From: Pseudonocardiaceae bacterium
GTDB lineage: Bacteria; Actinomycetota; Actinomycetes; Mycobacteriales; Pseudonocardiaceae
Direction: 5' to 3'
Assembly: GCA_036268615.1 (NCBI GenBank)
Contig: DATATV010000051.1
Location: forward strand, 22,759-86,758
DNA length: 64,000 bases
In this document: positions 20,527-29,242 of the stretch, one piece after another
How positions within the stretch are numbered: position 1 is the stretch's first letter
Layout: every line of letters begins with the position of its first letter
The notes under the pieces: model-generated
Databases searched by the model: none
What the model was told of the DNA's origin: nothing
The model's input: the letters and a program-made list of their open reading frames with translations, nothing else
Program-made: the position numbers and the translations under genes

Positions 20527-21020
20527 CCACGCCGAACACCGGGCTCCGCGCCCGGGTCAAACACGCCTACCTGGCAAAGCTCGACGAGACCCAGCGGTCG
20601 GTCCTGGTGGCGTGGGGAGCGTTCACCGGGACGTTCGGCGTCACCAGGGCGATCACCTTCTCGCTGCACCGCGCCGGCGCGGGCGGTTCCGGTGGGATCG
20701 TCATCGCCGGGCGGCACATCCACCACTACAACTTCGGCATCGCCCTGCTGGCGGCCGTGGGTGCGGTGGCGGTGCGCGGCGACGGGCGCAATCGTTTGCA
20801 TCCCGTCGTCTCCAGCGCCTACGGCAGCGGCATCGCACTGATCGTCGACGAGCTCGCCCTGCTGCTCGACCTGAAGGACGTGTACTGGGCGAAGGACGGC
20901 CGGCGCAGCGTGGACGTGGCGGTCGGCCTGATCGGGCTGGTCGGCATGTACCTGGCCGGCGAGGAGTTCTGGCGCGCCGCCGGCCACGAGGTGGCCGCCT
21001 CGGCACGCCGCACTTCGTGA
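20523..21020 (+). CDS. hypothetical integral membrane protein
   Basis: GTG overlaps the DUF397 stop (GTGA). Four hydrophobic segments. Motif GRHIHHYNFGIALL. Confidence 0.55.
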   Translation: MTTPNTGLRARVKHAYLAKLDETQRSVLVAWGAFTGTFGVTRAITFSLHRAGAGGSGGIVIAGRHIHHYNFGIALLAAVGAVAVRGDGRNRLHPVVSSAYGSGIALIVDELALLLDLKDVYWAKDGRRSVDVAVGLIGLVGMYLAGEEFWRAAGHEVAASARRTS

Positions 21021-21105
21021 CAGAACAGACGCCGGACGGGTGGGCCTGCACACGGCCCTGAGCACCAGCGGCAGCCACCACACCATCGGCCGTCGCTGAC
21101 CCGCG

Positions 21106-22050
21106 TCAGCGCGGGCCTGCTCCGGCGGTCCCGGAGCGACCGATCGGTTCCAGCGTCTCCGCCGCGACCTCCGCCACGGCGGGCGCGGCGGCCAGCGCGG
21201 GCGAGTCGAGCTTCCACTGCTGCCAGAACAACGGCACGTCCACCGTGCGCTCGGGATCGAGCAGCACGAGCCGGCCGGCCCGCAGCCGGGGCTCGGCCTG
21301 CACCCGTGGCACCACTCCCCACCCCAGCCCGCCGACGATCGCGTCGAGAAACCCCTCCGACGCCGGCACAAAATGCCGCAGCGGACCGGCGCCACGCCCC
21401 CGGGTGAGCCGGCGGGCGAACCGATCCTGCAACTCGTCCCGGCGGTCGAACAGCACCACCGGCGCGTCCCCGAGCCGCTGCCGCAGCGGCGTGTCCGGCC
21501 AGCCGAGCCACCGGGCGGCGAACGTCGGGCTCGCCACCGGCAGATAACGCAGCTGACCCAACGGATTGACCGAGCAGCCCTGCACCGCCTCCGGTGAGGA
21601 GGTCACCGCCGCCATCACCAGGCCCTCGCGCAGCAGGGCTGTGGTGTGGCTCTCGTCCTCGCGGTGCAGTTCGAAGCAGATCCGCAGTTCCGGCGGCACC
21701 CGGGTGAGCGCGGGCAGCAGCCAGGTGGCCAGCGAGTCGGCGTTGACCGCGATCGGCAGCCGGGCCGGTTCGCCGGTGTCGGTCATCCCCAGTTCGACCC
21801 GGGCGTCGCGTTCCAACCGGGCCAACTGTCGGGCGAACCGCACGATAACCTCGCCGGATTCGGTCAGCCGCACGGGTTTCGTGCGCAACAGCAGGACCCG
21901 GCCGGTGCCCTGTTCGAGGGCTTTGACCCGCTGGCTGACCGCCGAGGGCGTCACGTGCAGGGCGGTCGCGGCCGCGTCGAAGGTGCCCTCGTCGATCACC
22001 GCGAGCAGCGTGCGAACCTGGTCGAGCGGGAGGTCTGTCATCACGAGCAC
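21106..22050 (-). CDS. LysR-family transcriptional regulator, ArgP/LysG type (alternative ATG at 22041)
   Basis: HTH LLAVIDEGTFDAAATALHVTPSAVSQRVKALE. Divergent from a LysE-family exporter, as for ArgP-ArgO / LysG-LysE pairs. Confidence 0.8.
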   Translation of the reverse strand: MLVMTDLPLDQVRTLLAVIDEGTFDAAATALHVTPSAVSQRVKALEQGTGRVLLLRTKPVRLTESGEVIVRFARQLARLERDARVELGMTDTGEPARLPIAVNADSLATWLLPALTRVPPELRICFELHREDESHTTALLREGLVMAAVTSSPEAVQGCSVNPLGQLRYLPVASPTFAARWLGWPDTPLRQRLGDAPVVLFDRRDELQDRFARRLTRGRGAGPLRHFVPASEGFLDAIVGGLGWGVVPRVQAEPRLRAGRLVLLDPERTVDVPLFWQQWKLDSPALAAAPAVAEVAAETLEPIGRSGTAGAGPR

Positions 22051-22086
22051 TAATGATACGTAAGAACCTTTAGCTGGCCTGTAGAG

Positions 22087-22722
22087 ATGGTGCTTCCTAC
22101 CGTTGACGCCATGGGAAACGTCCTGCTCACCGCGGCGGCCGGGTTCGGCACCGGTCTCTCGCTCATCGTCGCCATCGGCGCACAGAACGCCTTTGTTCTG
22201 CGGCAGGGCATCCGGCGCGACTCGGTGCTCATCGTGGTGGCCATCTGCGCCGCGTCCGACGCCGTCCTCATCGCACTGGGCGTCGGCGGGGTCGGCGCGC
22301 TGGTCCGGGAGTGGCCGACCGCCCTCGCCGTTGTTCGGGTGATCGGCGGGACTTTCCTTGTGTGTTACGGAATCCTGGCCGCCCGGCGAGTCGTCAGGCC
22401 GGACGCGCTACGGGTGGTCGGCCCGTCGGCCGGTTCCCGGCGGCGGGCCGTGCTCACCTGCCTCGCGCTGACCTGGCTCAACCCGCACGTCTACCTGGAC
22501 ACCGTGCTGCTACTGGGTTCCGTCGCCGCCAGCCACGGCGCGCTGCGCTGGGACTTCGGCGCGGGGGCACTGGTCGCGAGCGTCTGCTGGTTCACCGCGC
22601 TGGGCTTCGGCGCCCGGCTTCTCACCGGCTTCTTCGCCCGCCCGTCCTCCTGGCGAATCCTGGACGCCCTCGTCGCGGCGACGATGATCACCATCGGCAC
22701 GATCCTGCTGATCGGCAGCTGA
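22087..22722 (+). CDS. LysE/ArgO-family amino-acid exporter
   Basis: GFGTGLSLIVAIGAQNAFVLRQGIRR and LTWLNPHVYLDTVLLLGS are hallmark LysE-family segments. Confidence 0.8.
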   Translation: MVLPTVDAMGNVLLTAAAGFGTGLSLIVAIGAQNAFVLRQGIRRDSVLIVVAICAASDAVLIALGVGGVGALVREWPTALAVVRVIGGTFLVCYGILAARRVVRPDALRVVGPSAGSRRRAVLTCLALTWLNPHVYLDTVLLLGSVAASHGALRWDFGAGALVASVCWFTALGFGARLLTGFFARPSSWRILDALVAATMITIGTILLIGS

Positions 22723-22736
22723 CTATGTCGTCCGGC

Positions 22737-23321
22737 CTACTGAGCTGATGCCATCGTTCGGGCTCGGTCGATCAGCATGGCCAACACCGACGCGAACGGC
22801 TCCGGGCTGCGCAGCGCCCGCGCGGTGACCAAGGCCCCTTCGGTCGCCGCCACCACGGCGTGGGCGAGTTCCCGCGCGATCGCGTTGTCCAGGCCGAGAA
22901 CGATGAGCTGGAAGGCCAAACCCTCCACGATCATGGCGAACGCCCGCCGGACGGCATCCCCGAGCTTCTCGGATTCCTCGTCGGCCTCGACCACCAGCGG
23001 GGCGATCGCGCAGCCACGCCGGTAGTCGCTGTTCACCAGATTGTCCCGGGCGAGCTCGGCATAGGCGCGGACCAGGTCCTCGGGCGCCGTCGCGCTCTCC
23101 GCGGCCCGGTTGATCTCGTCCACCCGGTCCCGGGCGTGCGCCTCGGCCACCTCGGCGACCAACTGCGCCTTGCCACCAGGGAAGTGGTAGTAGACCGAGC
23201 CGCGCGGCGCCGCGCTCCGCTCCAACACGTCGGACAGCGCCGTCGCGTGATAGCCCCGCTCACCGAGGAGCTGGAGAGCCGCGCCGACCATGCGCTGCCT
23301 GGTATCCGACCGCCGACCCAT
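22737..23321 (-). CDS. TetR-family transcriptional regulator
   Basis: Start MGRRSDTRQR (ATG at 23321). HTH GYHATALSDVLERSAAPRGSVYYHFPGGKAQL. Confidence 0.8.
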   Translation of the reverse strand: MGRRSDTRQRMVGAALQLLGERGYHATALSDVLERSAAPRGSVYYHFPGGKAQLVAEVAEAHARDRVDEINRAAESATAPEDLVRAYAELARDNLVNSDYRRGCAIAPLVVEADEESEKLGDAVRRAFAMIVEGLAFQLIVLGLDNAIARELAHAVVAATEGALVTARALRSPEPFASVLAMLIDRARTMASAQ

Positions 23322-23442
23322 GCCGCCACTGTACCGGACATCGAGGTCGGTTATGCCGCTTGTCATAGTATGAGCCGGCCCACTTTGCCAGGTATGTCGC
23401 ACGACATAACATGAGTCGAGCACCCCCGTAGGAAGGACCGCA

Positions 23443-24267
23443 ATGCCTTTCGTCAACATCGCCCTCGCCCGCGGCAAGTCCCACGAGTACCTCGACGGCG
23501 TCTCGAACGCCGTCCATCAGGCGCTCGTCGCCGAGCTCGGCATGCAACCCGGTGACCGCTTCCAGCTCATCCACCAGCACGACCCCGACGAGATGATCTT
23601 CAACCGCGACTTCCGCGGCGGACCACGCTCCGACGACTTCATCGTCTTCACCATCACCGACGGCCTGGACCGCGGCGAGCCGGCCAAGCGGCGGTTCTAC
23701 AAGACGCTGGTCAGACTGCTCGGCGACGGTCCAGGCGTGCAGCCGGCGGACGTGTTCGTCATGATGCAGGTGACTCCCGCGGTCAACTTCTCGTTCGCCG
23801 ACGGCGTGGCCGGCACCGAGGTCGTCGCCACCGAGGCGCTGGACCGGGCGGCCACCGTGCCCGGCACCAGAGACGCCTACACCAAGGCGGAGTTGACGGA
23901 CGCCGTCACCCAACTGTTCAAGCACAACAGCCGCGACCGAATCGTCTCGATGCTGCGCGACGACTTCGTCCTCAAGGTGCCCGATTCGCTGCCCTACGGC
24001 GGGGAGTTCACCGGCCCCAAGGAGTTCGACGCCTTCTTCGCCCGGGTGCTCGCCAGCGACTACTACGAATCCTTCGTCACCGACCTCAAGCGGGTCATCG
24101 ACGCGGAGGACCACCTGATCGCCACGATCACCATTACCGCGCAGGGCAAGACTTCCGGCAACTCGATGTTCGTCGAGAACGCCTGGCTGTTCGAGATCGC
24201 CGACGGCAACTTCGTCCGCGCGCAGATCTATGCCGACACCGCCGTCGGCGTCAACACCGCCGGATAG
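23443..24267 (+). CDS. tautomerase-family domain fused to NTF2/SnoaL-like domain
   Basis: N-terminal MPFVNIAL (Pro-1 after Met removal), about 130-aa tautomerase_2-like region. The C-terminal half (LRDDFVLKVP...NAWLFEIADGNFVRAQIYADT) looks NTF2-like. Confidence 0.6.
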   Translation: MPFVNIALARGKSHEYLDGVSNAVHQALVAELGMQPGDRFQLIHQHDPDEMIFNRDFRGGPRSDDFIVFTITDGLDRGEPAKRRFYKTLVRLLGDGPGVQPADVFVMMQVTPAVNFSFADGVAGTEVVATEALDRAATVPGTRDAYTKAELTDAVTQLFKHNSRDRIVSMLRDDFVLKVPDSLPYGGEFTGPKEFDAFFARVLASDYYESFVTDLKRVIDAEDHLIATITITAQGKTSGNSMFVENAWLFEIADGNFVRAQIYADTAVGVNTAG

Positions 24268-24307
24268 GCGTGTGGCCGCCACCAACCCAGAACCGAGGGG
24301 AACCGTC

Positions 24308-25075
24308 ATGTCGTCCGTACTCATCACCGGTGCGTCCCAAGGCATCGGCCGAGCCATCGCCGTCGAACTGGCCGGCCGGGGCCACCGGGTGATCGCCACC
24401 GCCCGCCGCCCGGAGACCCTGGCCGACCTCCCCGTCGACCAGCGCCTGCGCCTGGATGTCACCGACCAGGACAGCGTCGACCAGGCCATCAACGCGGCCG
24501 GCCAGATCGACGTGCTGGTCAGCAACGCCGGCGCGACCGTGCGCGCGCCGCTGGAAAGTGTGCCGCTCGAAGAGGTCAACCAGCTCTTCCAGCTCAACAC
24601 ACTGGGCGCGCTGCGGGTGGCCCAGGGCGTGCTGCCGGCGATGCGGGAACGCGGGGCCGGCCGGCTCGTCTTCATGTCCAGCATCCAGGGGCGGCTGGTA
24701 CTGCCGATCATCGGCGCGTACGGCGCCAGCAAGTGGGCGCTGGAGGCGATCGCCGAGACGCTCGCGATCGAGACGGGCCACTTCGGCGTCAAGGTGACCA
24801 TCGTGCAGCCCGGCGCGGTCGCCACGAACGGTGCCACCGGCGCCAAGGCGTTCCAGCAGGACGGCGACCCCTACGCCGGATTGTTCACGGCGCTACCCGC
24901 CCTGCGTGGTGAGACAGTCACTCGCGAGGAGGTCGCCGCCGCGGTCGCCGACACCATCGAGCAGCCCGAGCCGCCGTTGCGCGTGCCGGTCGGTGCGCCG
25001 GCCACGGAGGCCCTGCAAGCCCGCAAGTCGGCTCCGGAGGACAAGCCGTTCCGGCTGGCCGAGATCGACTGGTAG
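24308..25075 (+). CDS. short-chain dehydrogenase/reductase (SDR)
   Basis: TGASQGIGRA cofactor motif, NAG, catalytic YGASKWALE. Confidence 0.85.
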   Translation: MSSVLITGASQGIGRAIAVELAGRGHRVIATARRPETLADLPVDQRLRLDVTDQDSVDQAINAAGQIDVLVSNAGATVRAPLESVPLEEVNQLFQLNTLGALRVAQGVLPAMRERGAGRLVFMSSIQGRLVLPIIGAYGASKWALEAIAETLAIETGHFGVKVTIVQPGAVATNGATGAKAFQQDGDPYAGLFTALPALRGETVTREEVAAAVADTIEQPEPPLRVPVGAPATEALQARKSAPEDKPFRLAEIDW

Positions 25076-25101
25076 GTGTCGGGGGGTGCCGGTCCGGTGG
25101 C

Positions 25102-25141
25102 GGCGTCAGTCGATCCGCGGGAACACCGCGATCCGAGCCGG
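25102..25141 (+). repeat. 40-bp perfect direct repeat, copy 1 (orphan duplicate of the 3' end of gene 26971-27618)
   Basis: GGCGTCAGTCGATCCGCGGGAACACCGCGATCCGAGCCGG is identical to 26967-27006. Similarity continues imperfectly for about 12 more nt. Confidence 0.9.
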
Positions 25142-25154
25142 ACCGGGAACGCCG

Positions 25155-25799
25155 CTAGCTGTCAGGTGTGCGCTTACCTCGCGTGTCCCGGCCGGCCACC
25201 TCGACCAGCACTTTCTGGTACTCGTCGTCGAGTACCTGATGGAAATTTCGTTCAAATTTGGAACCCGCGCTACGCAGTCGCAGCTCGCGCGCATCTGCCC
25301 AGAAGCGACGGCCCGGATCACCCAGGAACACGATGTGCGAGACCGCGCGAAGGTGCACCTCCGTCATCGAGCCGAACTCGCACATCATCCGCCAGTGCTC
25401 AATGATCAGATTGATGTACATGTGTTGCCGTTGCGCCACATGGTCATCGTCGTCGAAGAACGGCCCCCAGCTCTCGGCGTACGCGTGGTCCTCCATCGCC
25501 ATCTTCATGAGGTCCAGATGCAGCGAACGAAGAGCTTGGTCCCTACTCGCCTTCGCTTCGCGCGCTTGGAAGAACAGGGAGCCCGCGACACCGGTCAAGG
25601 CGAGCACCGAAATCAACGCCGAGGCGGCTCCGTAGGTCTGGCCGATGTTACCCAACCTGGCCCAATAGTTTGTATCGCCGCTCAGCAAGCCGAGTACGGC
25701 CGGAGAGAGGACAATAAAGGCAAGAACGACAAAGATCGCGGCGACTAATATCACCGCGATCCACCCGCGCTTCCACGGCGGTCTGATCAACCTGTTCAC
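25155..25799 (-). CDS. DUF6082-like membrane protein
   Basis: Two N-terminal TM helices and LSPAVLGLLSG...WARLGNIGQTYGAASALISVLALTGVAGSLFFQ, matching my recollection of the actinomycete DUF6082 family. Lower G+C than the flanks. Confidence 0.6.
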   Translation of the reverse strand: MNRLIRPPWKRGWIAVILVAAIFVVLAFIVLSPAVLGLLSGDTNYWARLGNIGQTYGAASALISVLALTGVAGSLFFQAREAKASRDQALRSLHLDLMKMAMEDHAYAESWGPFFDDDDHVAQRQHMYINLIIEHWRMMCEFGSMTEVHLRAVSHIVFLGDPGRRFWADARELRLRSAGSKFERNFHQVLDDEYQKVLVEVAGRDTRGKRTPDS

Positions 25800-25825
25800 C
25801 GATGCTGCCAGCTGCCTACCGCCGC

Positions 25826-26431
25826 CTAGCCTTTTGCCAGGTCCGGTGGCGGCAGGTGCGCGATCTCCCTTTCGAAGAATGGTCGAATATCTTCACCAAC
25901 CGCAAAGAGTTGGTCGAGATCGCGACGAACACCGGAAATCAGTTCGGTCGAGTCAAACCGCCTCGCGCCCGCATGCGTACCTTCGTTGTCGTAGAGGACC
26001 TCGTACACGGCGAGATCACCGAGAACCACAAGTTCCGGCAGGCCGCCCGCGCCGCCGTACTGCTCGACCTCCGCCGGAGAAACCACCTTGATCTCTTCCC
26101 CGACATCGGCACGCAGTCGCAGGAAGTTCAGCTCCCATTGAAGGTAGGGAGTGACCGGCAGGGTCACCAGCCGGACACGCCGACGAGCAAAATCTCCCTG
26201 GGACAGCTCTTTCCCGGCCTCGGCTTGCATGTCGCCCATGAGCCGGAGGGAGTGTTCCCACTGACCGTCCTGGAATGCCTCCCAACTCGGCACGCCCGGC
26301 TCCCGGAAGTGCTGATAGGTCTCCAGTTTCCAGAACACGTCCTTGATCTTCTGGTAGTACGGCCAGAAATCGTCGATGTAGCCCCTGGAATCAAAGGCTA
26401 CACCTTCGACCGTCTTCAGCTTCTCAATCAT
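25826..26431 (-). CDS. DUF6879-like protein
   Basis: VTPYLQWELNFLRLRADVGEEIKVV...LPELVVLGDLAVYEVLYD...EREIAHLPPPD resemble conserved blocks of the Streptomyces DUF6879 family (from memory, not searched). Confidence 0.6.
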   Translation of the reverse strand: MIEKLKTVEGVAFDSRGYIDDFWPYYQKIKDVFWKLETYQHFREPGVPSWEAFQDGQWEHSLRLMGDMQAEAGKELSQGDFARRRVRLVTLPVTPYLQWELNFLRLRADVGEEIKVVSPAEVEQYGGAGGLPELVVLGDLAVYEVLYDNEGTHAGARRFDSTELISGVRRDLDQLFAVGEDIRPFFEREIAHLPPPDLAKG

Positions 26432-26714
26432 TCGGTATGTCCGATTTTGCAGAAAGTATCATATCGCGAGGAAGTACGACAAGACGCTCATCCGAGCCAA
26501 TAGAGACACCCATTGGCAGACGATCCGCGTAGGCAGGAGTCAAATCTCTCCCGATCATGGCGAAATCACCATTGTCAAGTTCCCAAATATCAGGGCAAGT
26601 TGGACTTCCGCTGGTATTGCCCAACTCCAGAGCGGACTTTCCGATTCGACGTTTGAAATCAGCTTTCGGATCAGCTTCCCACGGGCGACGTTCGACAGCC
26701 ATTATTGCTCCCAT
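26424..26714 (-). CDS. small hypothetical protein, translationally coupled to the DUF6879-like gene
   Basis: 96-aa ORF overlapping the next start by 8 nt. RBS GGGAG 6 nt before the ATG. AT-rich upstream region with TTGACA/TAGAAT-like hexamers. Confidence 0.5.
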   Translation of the reverse strand: MGAIMAVERRPWEADPKADFKRRIGKSALELGNTSGSPTCPDIWELDNGDFAMIGRDLTPAYADRLPMGVSIGSDERLVVLPRDMILSAKSDIPND

Positions 26715-26966
26715 TCTATTAATTTGTCAACGTAACGCCGTGCTTGCCAGTATGACACCGTGGTATGTTTCATACAATAGAACGAATGCCCGGACCCGCA
26801 GGCCATCGACGCGCGGAGCGACCCACCCCGGTGATGCCCGATACCTGGATGGGCAGGTAGGACTGCGACCCGTGGCCGAGGAGCCACCCAATCGGGGCTC
26901 AGACAAGCCGAACGGATGACTGCAACAGCGTGGTCGCCAGGCACCGACGGTCACAGTCAGTTCGAA

Positions 26967-27006
26967 GGCGTCAGTCGATCCGCGGGAACACCGCGATCCG
27001 AGCCGG
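26967..27006 (+). repeat. 40-bp perfect direct repeat, copy 2 (covers stop codon and last 12 codons of gene 26971-27618)
   Basis: Identical to 25102-25141. Encodes ...GPARIAVFPRID-stop on the minus strand. Confidence 0.9.
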
Positions 27007-27618
27007 GCCGGACACGTCCCGCACCGTCGGCCGAATCCCGCCGAGCCGGCAGAACAGCTGCACCACGTCCAGCCGATGGTAGTTTTCCGGGTCCGCGTCG
27101 AACACCTCAGGATCGGTGATTCCCATGGCGGCCAACGGTTCCCGCAGCACCTCCGGTTCGGCGCCGAACGCCGAGCTGGGCGCGTTCTCGTCCAGGCCGG
27201 CCAGTTCCACGCCGTCCCGACTGACCACGAACGCCACGTCGGAGTTGATGCTCTGGTAGGCCGTCACCGCGAACGTGCCGGCCGAGAGGTCCGGCCGGCT
27301 CACCGCGGCTCCGTCGTTGTCCTCGACCAGCAGCGTGTGCGGCCCGAGTGCGAACGCCGCTACCGCCTGAAGGCGGTAGCGCGCGGTGTAGAGCGGCTGA
27401 CCGGTGGCTTGGGCCTGCCGGGCGGCCTCGGCGTTGGCCTGGGCGAGCAGCGCGGCCCAGGTGCCGTCGGTGATGACGGACTCCGCGACCCCGAACCGGC
27501 GCAGTACCTCGTCCGGGTCGGTGTCGCGGACCGCCGTCACGCCGTACACGCCTTGGGGCGCGAGCACGTCGTCCAACCACGCCGACCACACCGCGGGATC
27601 GGCAGAATCGTCTGTCAC
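26971..27618 (-). CDS. hypothetical cytoplasmic protein (possibly DUF6461-like)
   Basis: 215-aa ORF with backbone-like codon usage. No catalytic motif recognised. Weak recollected resemblance to the actinomycete DUF6461 family. Confidence 0.5.
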   Translation of the reverse strand: MTDDSADPAVWSAWLDDVLAPQGVYGVTAVRDTDPDEVLRRFGVAESVITDGTWAALLAQANAEAARQAQATGQPLYTARYRLQAVAAFALGPHTLLVEDNDGAAVSRPDLSAGTFAVTAYQSINSDVAFVVSRDGVELAGLDENAPSSAFGAEPEVLREPLAAMGITDPEVFDADPENYHRLDVVQLFCRLGGIRPTVRDVSGPARIAVFPRID

Positions 27619-27637
27619 CGGCGCATCGTAGCCAAAG

Positions 27638-29242
27638 CTACAACCGCATGCTGCCGGGTAGGACGAAGTAGTAGAACAGCCCGATCAGGATCAGGTAGAC
27701 CAGGATCACCAGCGTCCAGCCCATGTTGTGGCGGATCACCTGGCCCTCGTTGCGGACGAACTTCGTCGTCGCCACGCCGACGCTCGCGGTCTGCGGCGCG
27801 ACCGGCTTACCCACCTCGGCACCCAGCGAGTTCAGCGACGGGAACAGCAGCACCGGCGCGTGCAGCAGTTTCGCCACCGAGTACTGGAAGTGGCCGAAGA
27901 CCGCGTTGGACGAGGTGTTGCTGCCCGACAGCGCGACCGCGATCCAACCCAGGATCGGCGAGAGCACCACGAACCACGTGCCCAGCTTGGCGAAGCCGTT
28001 GGCCATCGAATTGGCCATGCCGGCGTAGTTGTAGACGTTGGCCAGGCCGAAGATGAGCGGCGCGACCACCAGCGCGCCCCACATCTGCTTGAACGTGTTG
28101 CGGAACACCTCACCCAGTTGCCGGAGGCTCGGCCGCAGGAACAGCGCGATCAGAATCCAGCTGACCAGGATCGCCGTGCCGGCGACGAACGGTGAGAACT
28201 TCAGCGAGACCGACGATGCCGTGTGGTCCAAGGAGGACACCGCACTGACCTTCGGCGCGAACGGCACGATGTTGCCCAGGGTGGACCACGGACCGGTCCA
28301 CGCGACCACCACGACGATCAGGATCACGAACGGCAACAGCCCGCGCAGCGGCGCCCGTTCACCGATCGCCTCCACTTCCGGGTTCTCGATTTCCTTGCCA
28401 CCAAAGCCAAGTGTCACCTTCGGCCGCCACACCTTGAGCAGGCCGAGAAGCGCGGCGAAGCACACCAGCGAGCCGATCACGTCCGGCAGGTACGGGCCGA
28501 GGAACTGCGAAGTCGGGAACTGGCCGAGGATGTAGCCGAACGAGCCGACCAGCGCCAGCGGCCAGCCCTCGCGGAACCCGCGTCGGCCGCTGACCAGGTA
28601 GATCAGAATCCACGGCGGTGCCAGCGCGAGAATCGCGACTATCTTGCCGATCGACGCGGACAACGGGTCCACCGGCAGCCCGGTCACCGCGGCCAGACCG
28701 ACGATCGGCGCGCCCAACGCCCCGAAGGACACCGGTGCGTTGTTGGCCAGCGCGGCCACCCGGATCGCGGCGATGTCGGCGATGCCGAAGGCGATCAGCA
28801 CCGGCGCGACCACCGCCCACGGGTAGCCGAAGCCGACCAGGCCCTCCAGCAGCGCGCCGAAGGCCCACGCGATCAGCAGGGTCTGCACCCGGATATCCGC
28901 GGTGGCCTGGGCGATCAGCCAGCGTTTGAACGCGTCGAACGCACCGGTGACCACCATGGTGTTGTAGATGATCACACCCCAGAACACGATCCAGTCGACC
29001 GACCAGAATCCCGTTCCCGCGCCCAGTCCGTAGGCCTGCATCGTTTGGCCGAATGGCGACCGCCAAATGGTCACCCCGAGCACGACGGTCACCACCGCGC
29101 CGATCAGCACGGCCTGCCAGGCTGATAATCGCAGCACTGCCAGCAGCAACAACAGGACCAACACCGGCACCAGCGCGAGCAACGTGCTGCCCAGCACGGT
29201 GTGCGCGGGGTCGAGAACCTGCGAAAACGCCGAAGCGAACAT
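27638..29242 (-). CDS. L-lactate permease family transporter
   Basis: Start MFASAFSQVLDP (ATG at 29242). About 534 aa, at least 12 hydrophobic helices. N-terminal region typical of LctP/LldP. Confidence 0.8.
   Translation of the reverse strand: MFASAFSQVLDPAHTVLGSTLLALVPVLVLLLLLAVLRLSAWQAVLIGAVVTVVLGVTIWRSPFGQTMQAYGLGAGTGFWSVDWIVFWGVIIYNTMVVTGAFDAFKRWLIAQATADIRVQTLLIAWAFGALLEGLVGFGYPWAVVAPVLIAFGIADIAAIRVAALANNAPVSFGALGAPIVGLAAVTGLPVDPLSASIGKIVAILALAPPWILIYLVSGRRGFREGWPLALVGSFGYILGQFPTSQFLGPYLPDVIGSLVCFAALLGLLKVWRPKVTLGFGGKEIENPEVEAIGERAPLRGLLPFVILIVVVVAWTGPWSTLGNIVPFAPKVSAVSSLDHTASSVSLKFSPFVAGTAILVSWILIALFLRPSLRQLGEVFRNTFKQMWGALVVAPLIFGLANVYNYAGMANSMANGFAKLGTWFVVLSPILGWIAVALSGSNTSSNAVFGHFQYSVAKLLHAPVLLFPSLNSLGAEVGKPVAPQTASVGVATTKFVRNEGQVIRHNMGWTLVILVYLILIGLFYYFVLPGSMRL

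Noticed and set aside
25106-25321. 71-aa minus-strand ORF ending ...GPARIAVFPRID
   Set aside because: Its C-terminus is just the orphan copy of the 40-bp repeat that duplicates the end of gene 26971-27618. The rest overlaps the 3' part of the DUF6082-like gene in another frame. It is treated as a duplication scar, not a gene.
26800-26960. About 160-nt G+C-rich non-coding stretch between the cassette promoter region and repeat copy 2, considered as a structured RNA
   Set aside because: No convincing conserved helices or known RNA motif could be identified by eye. It would need covariance-model scanning (Rfam/Infernal) to evaluate.
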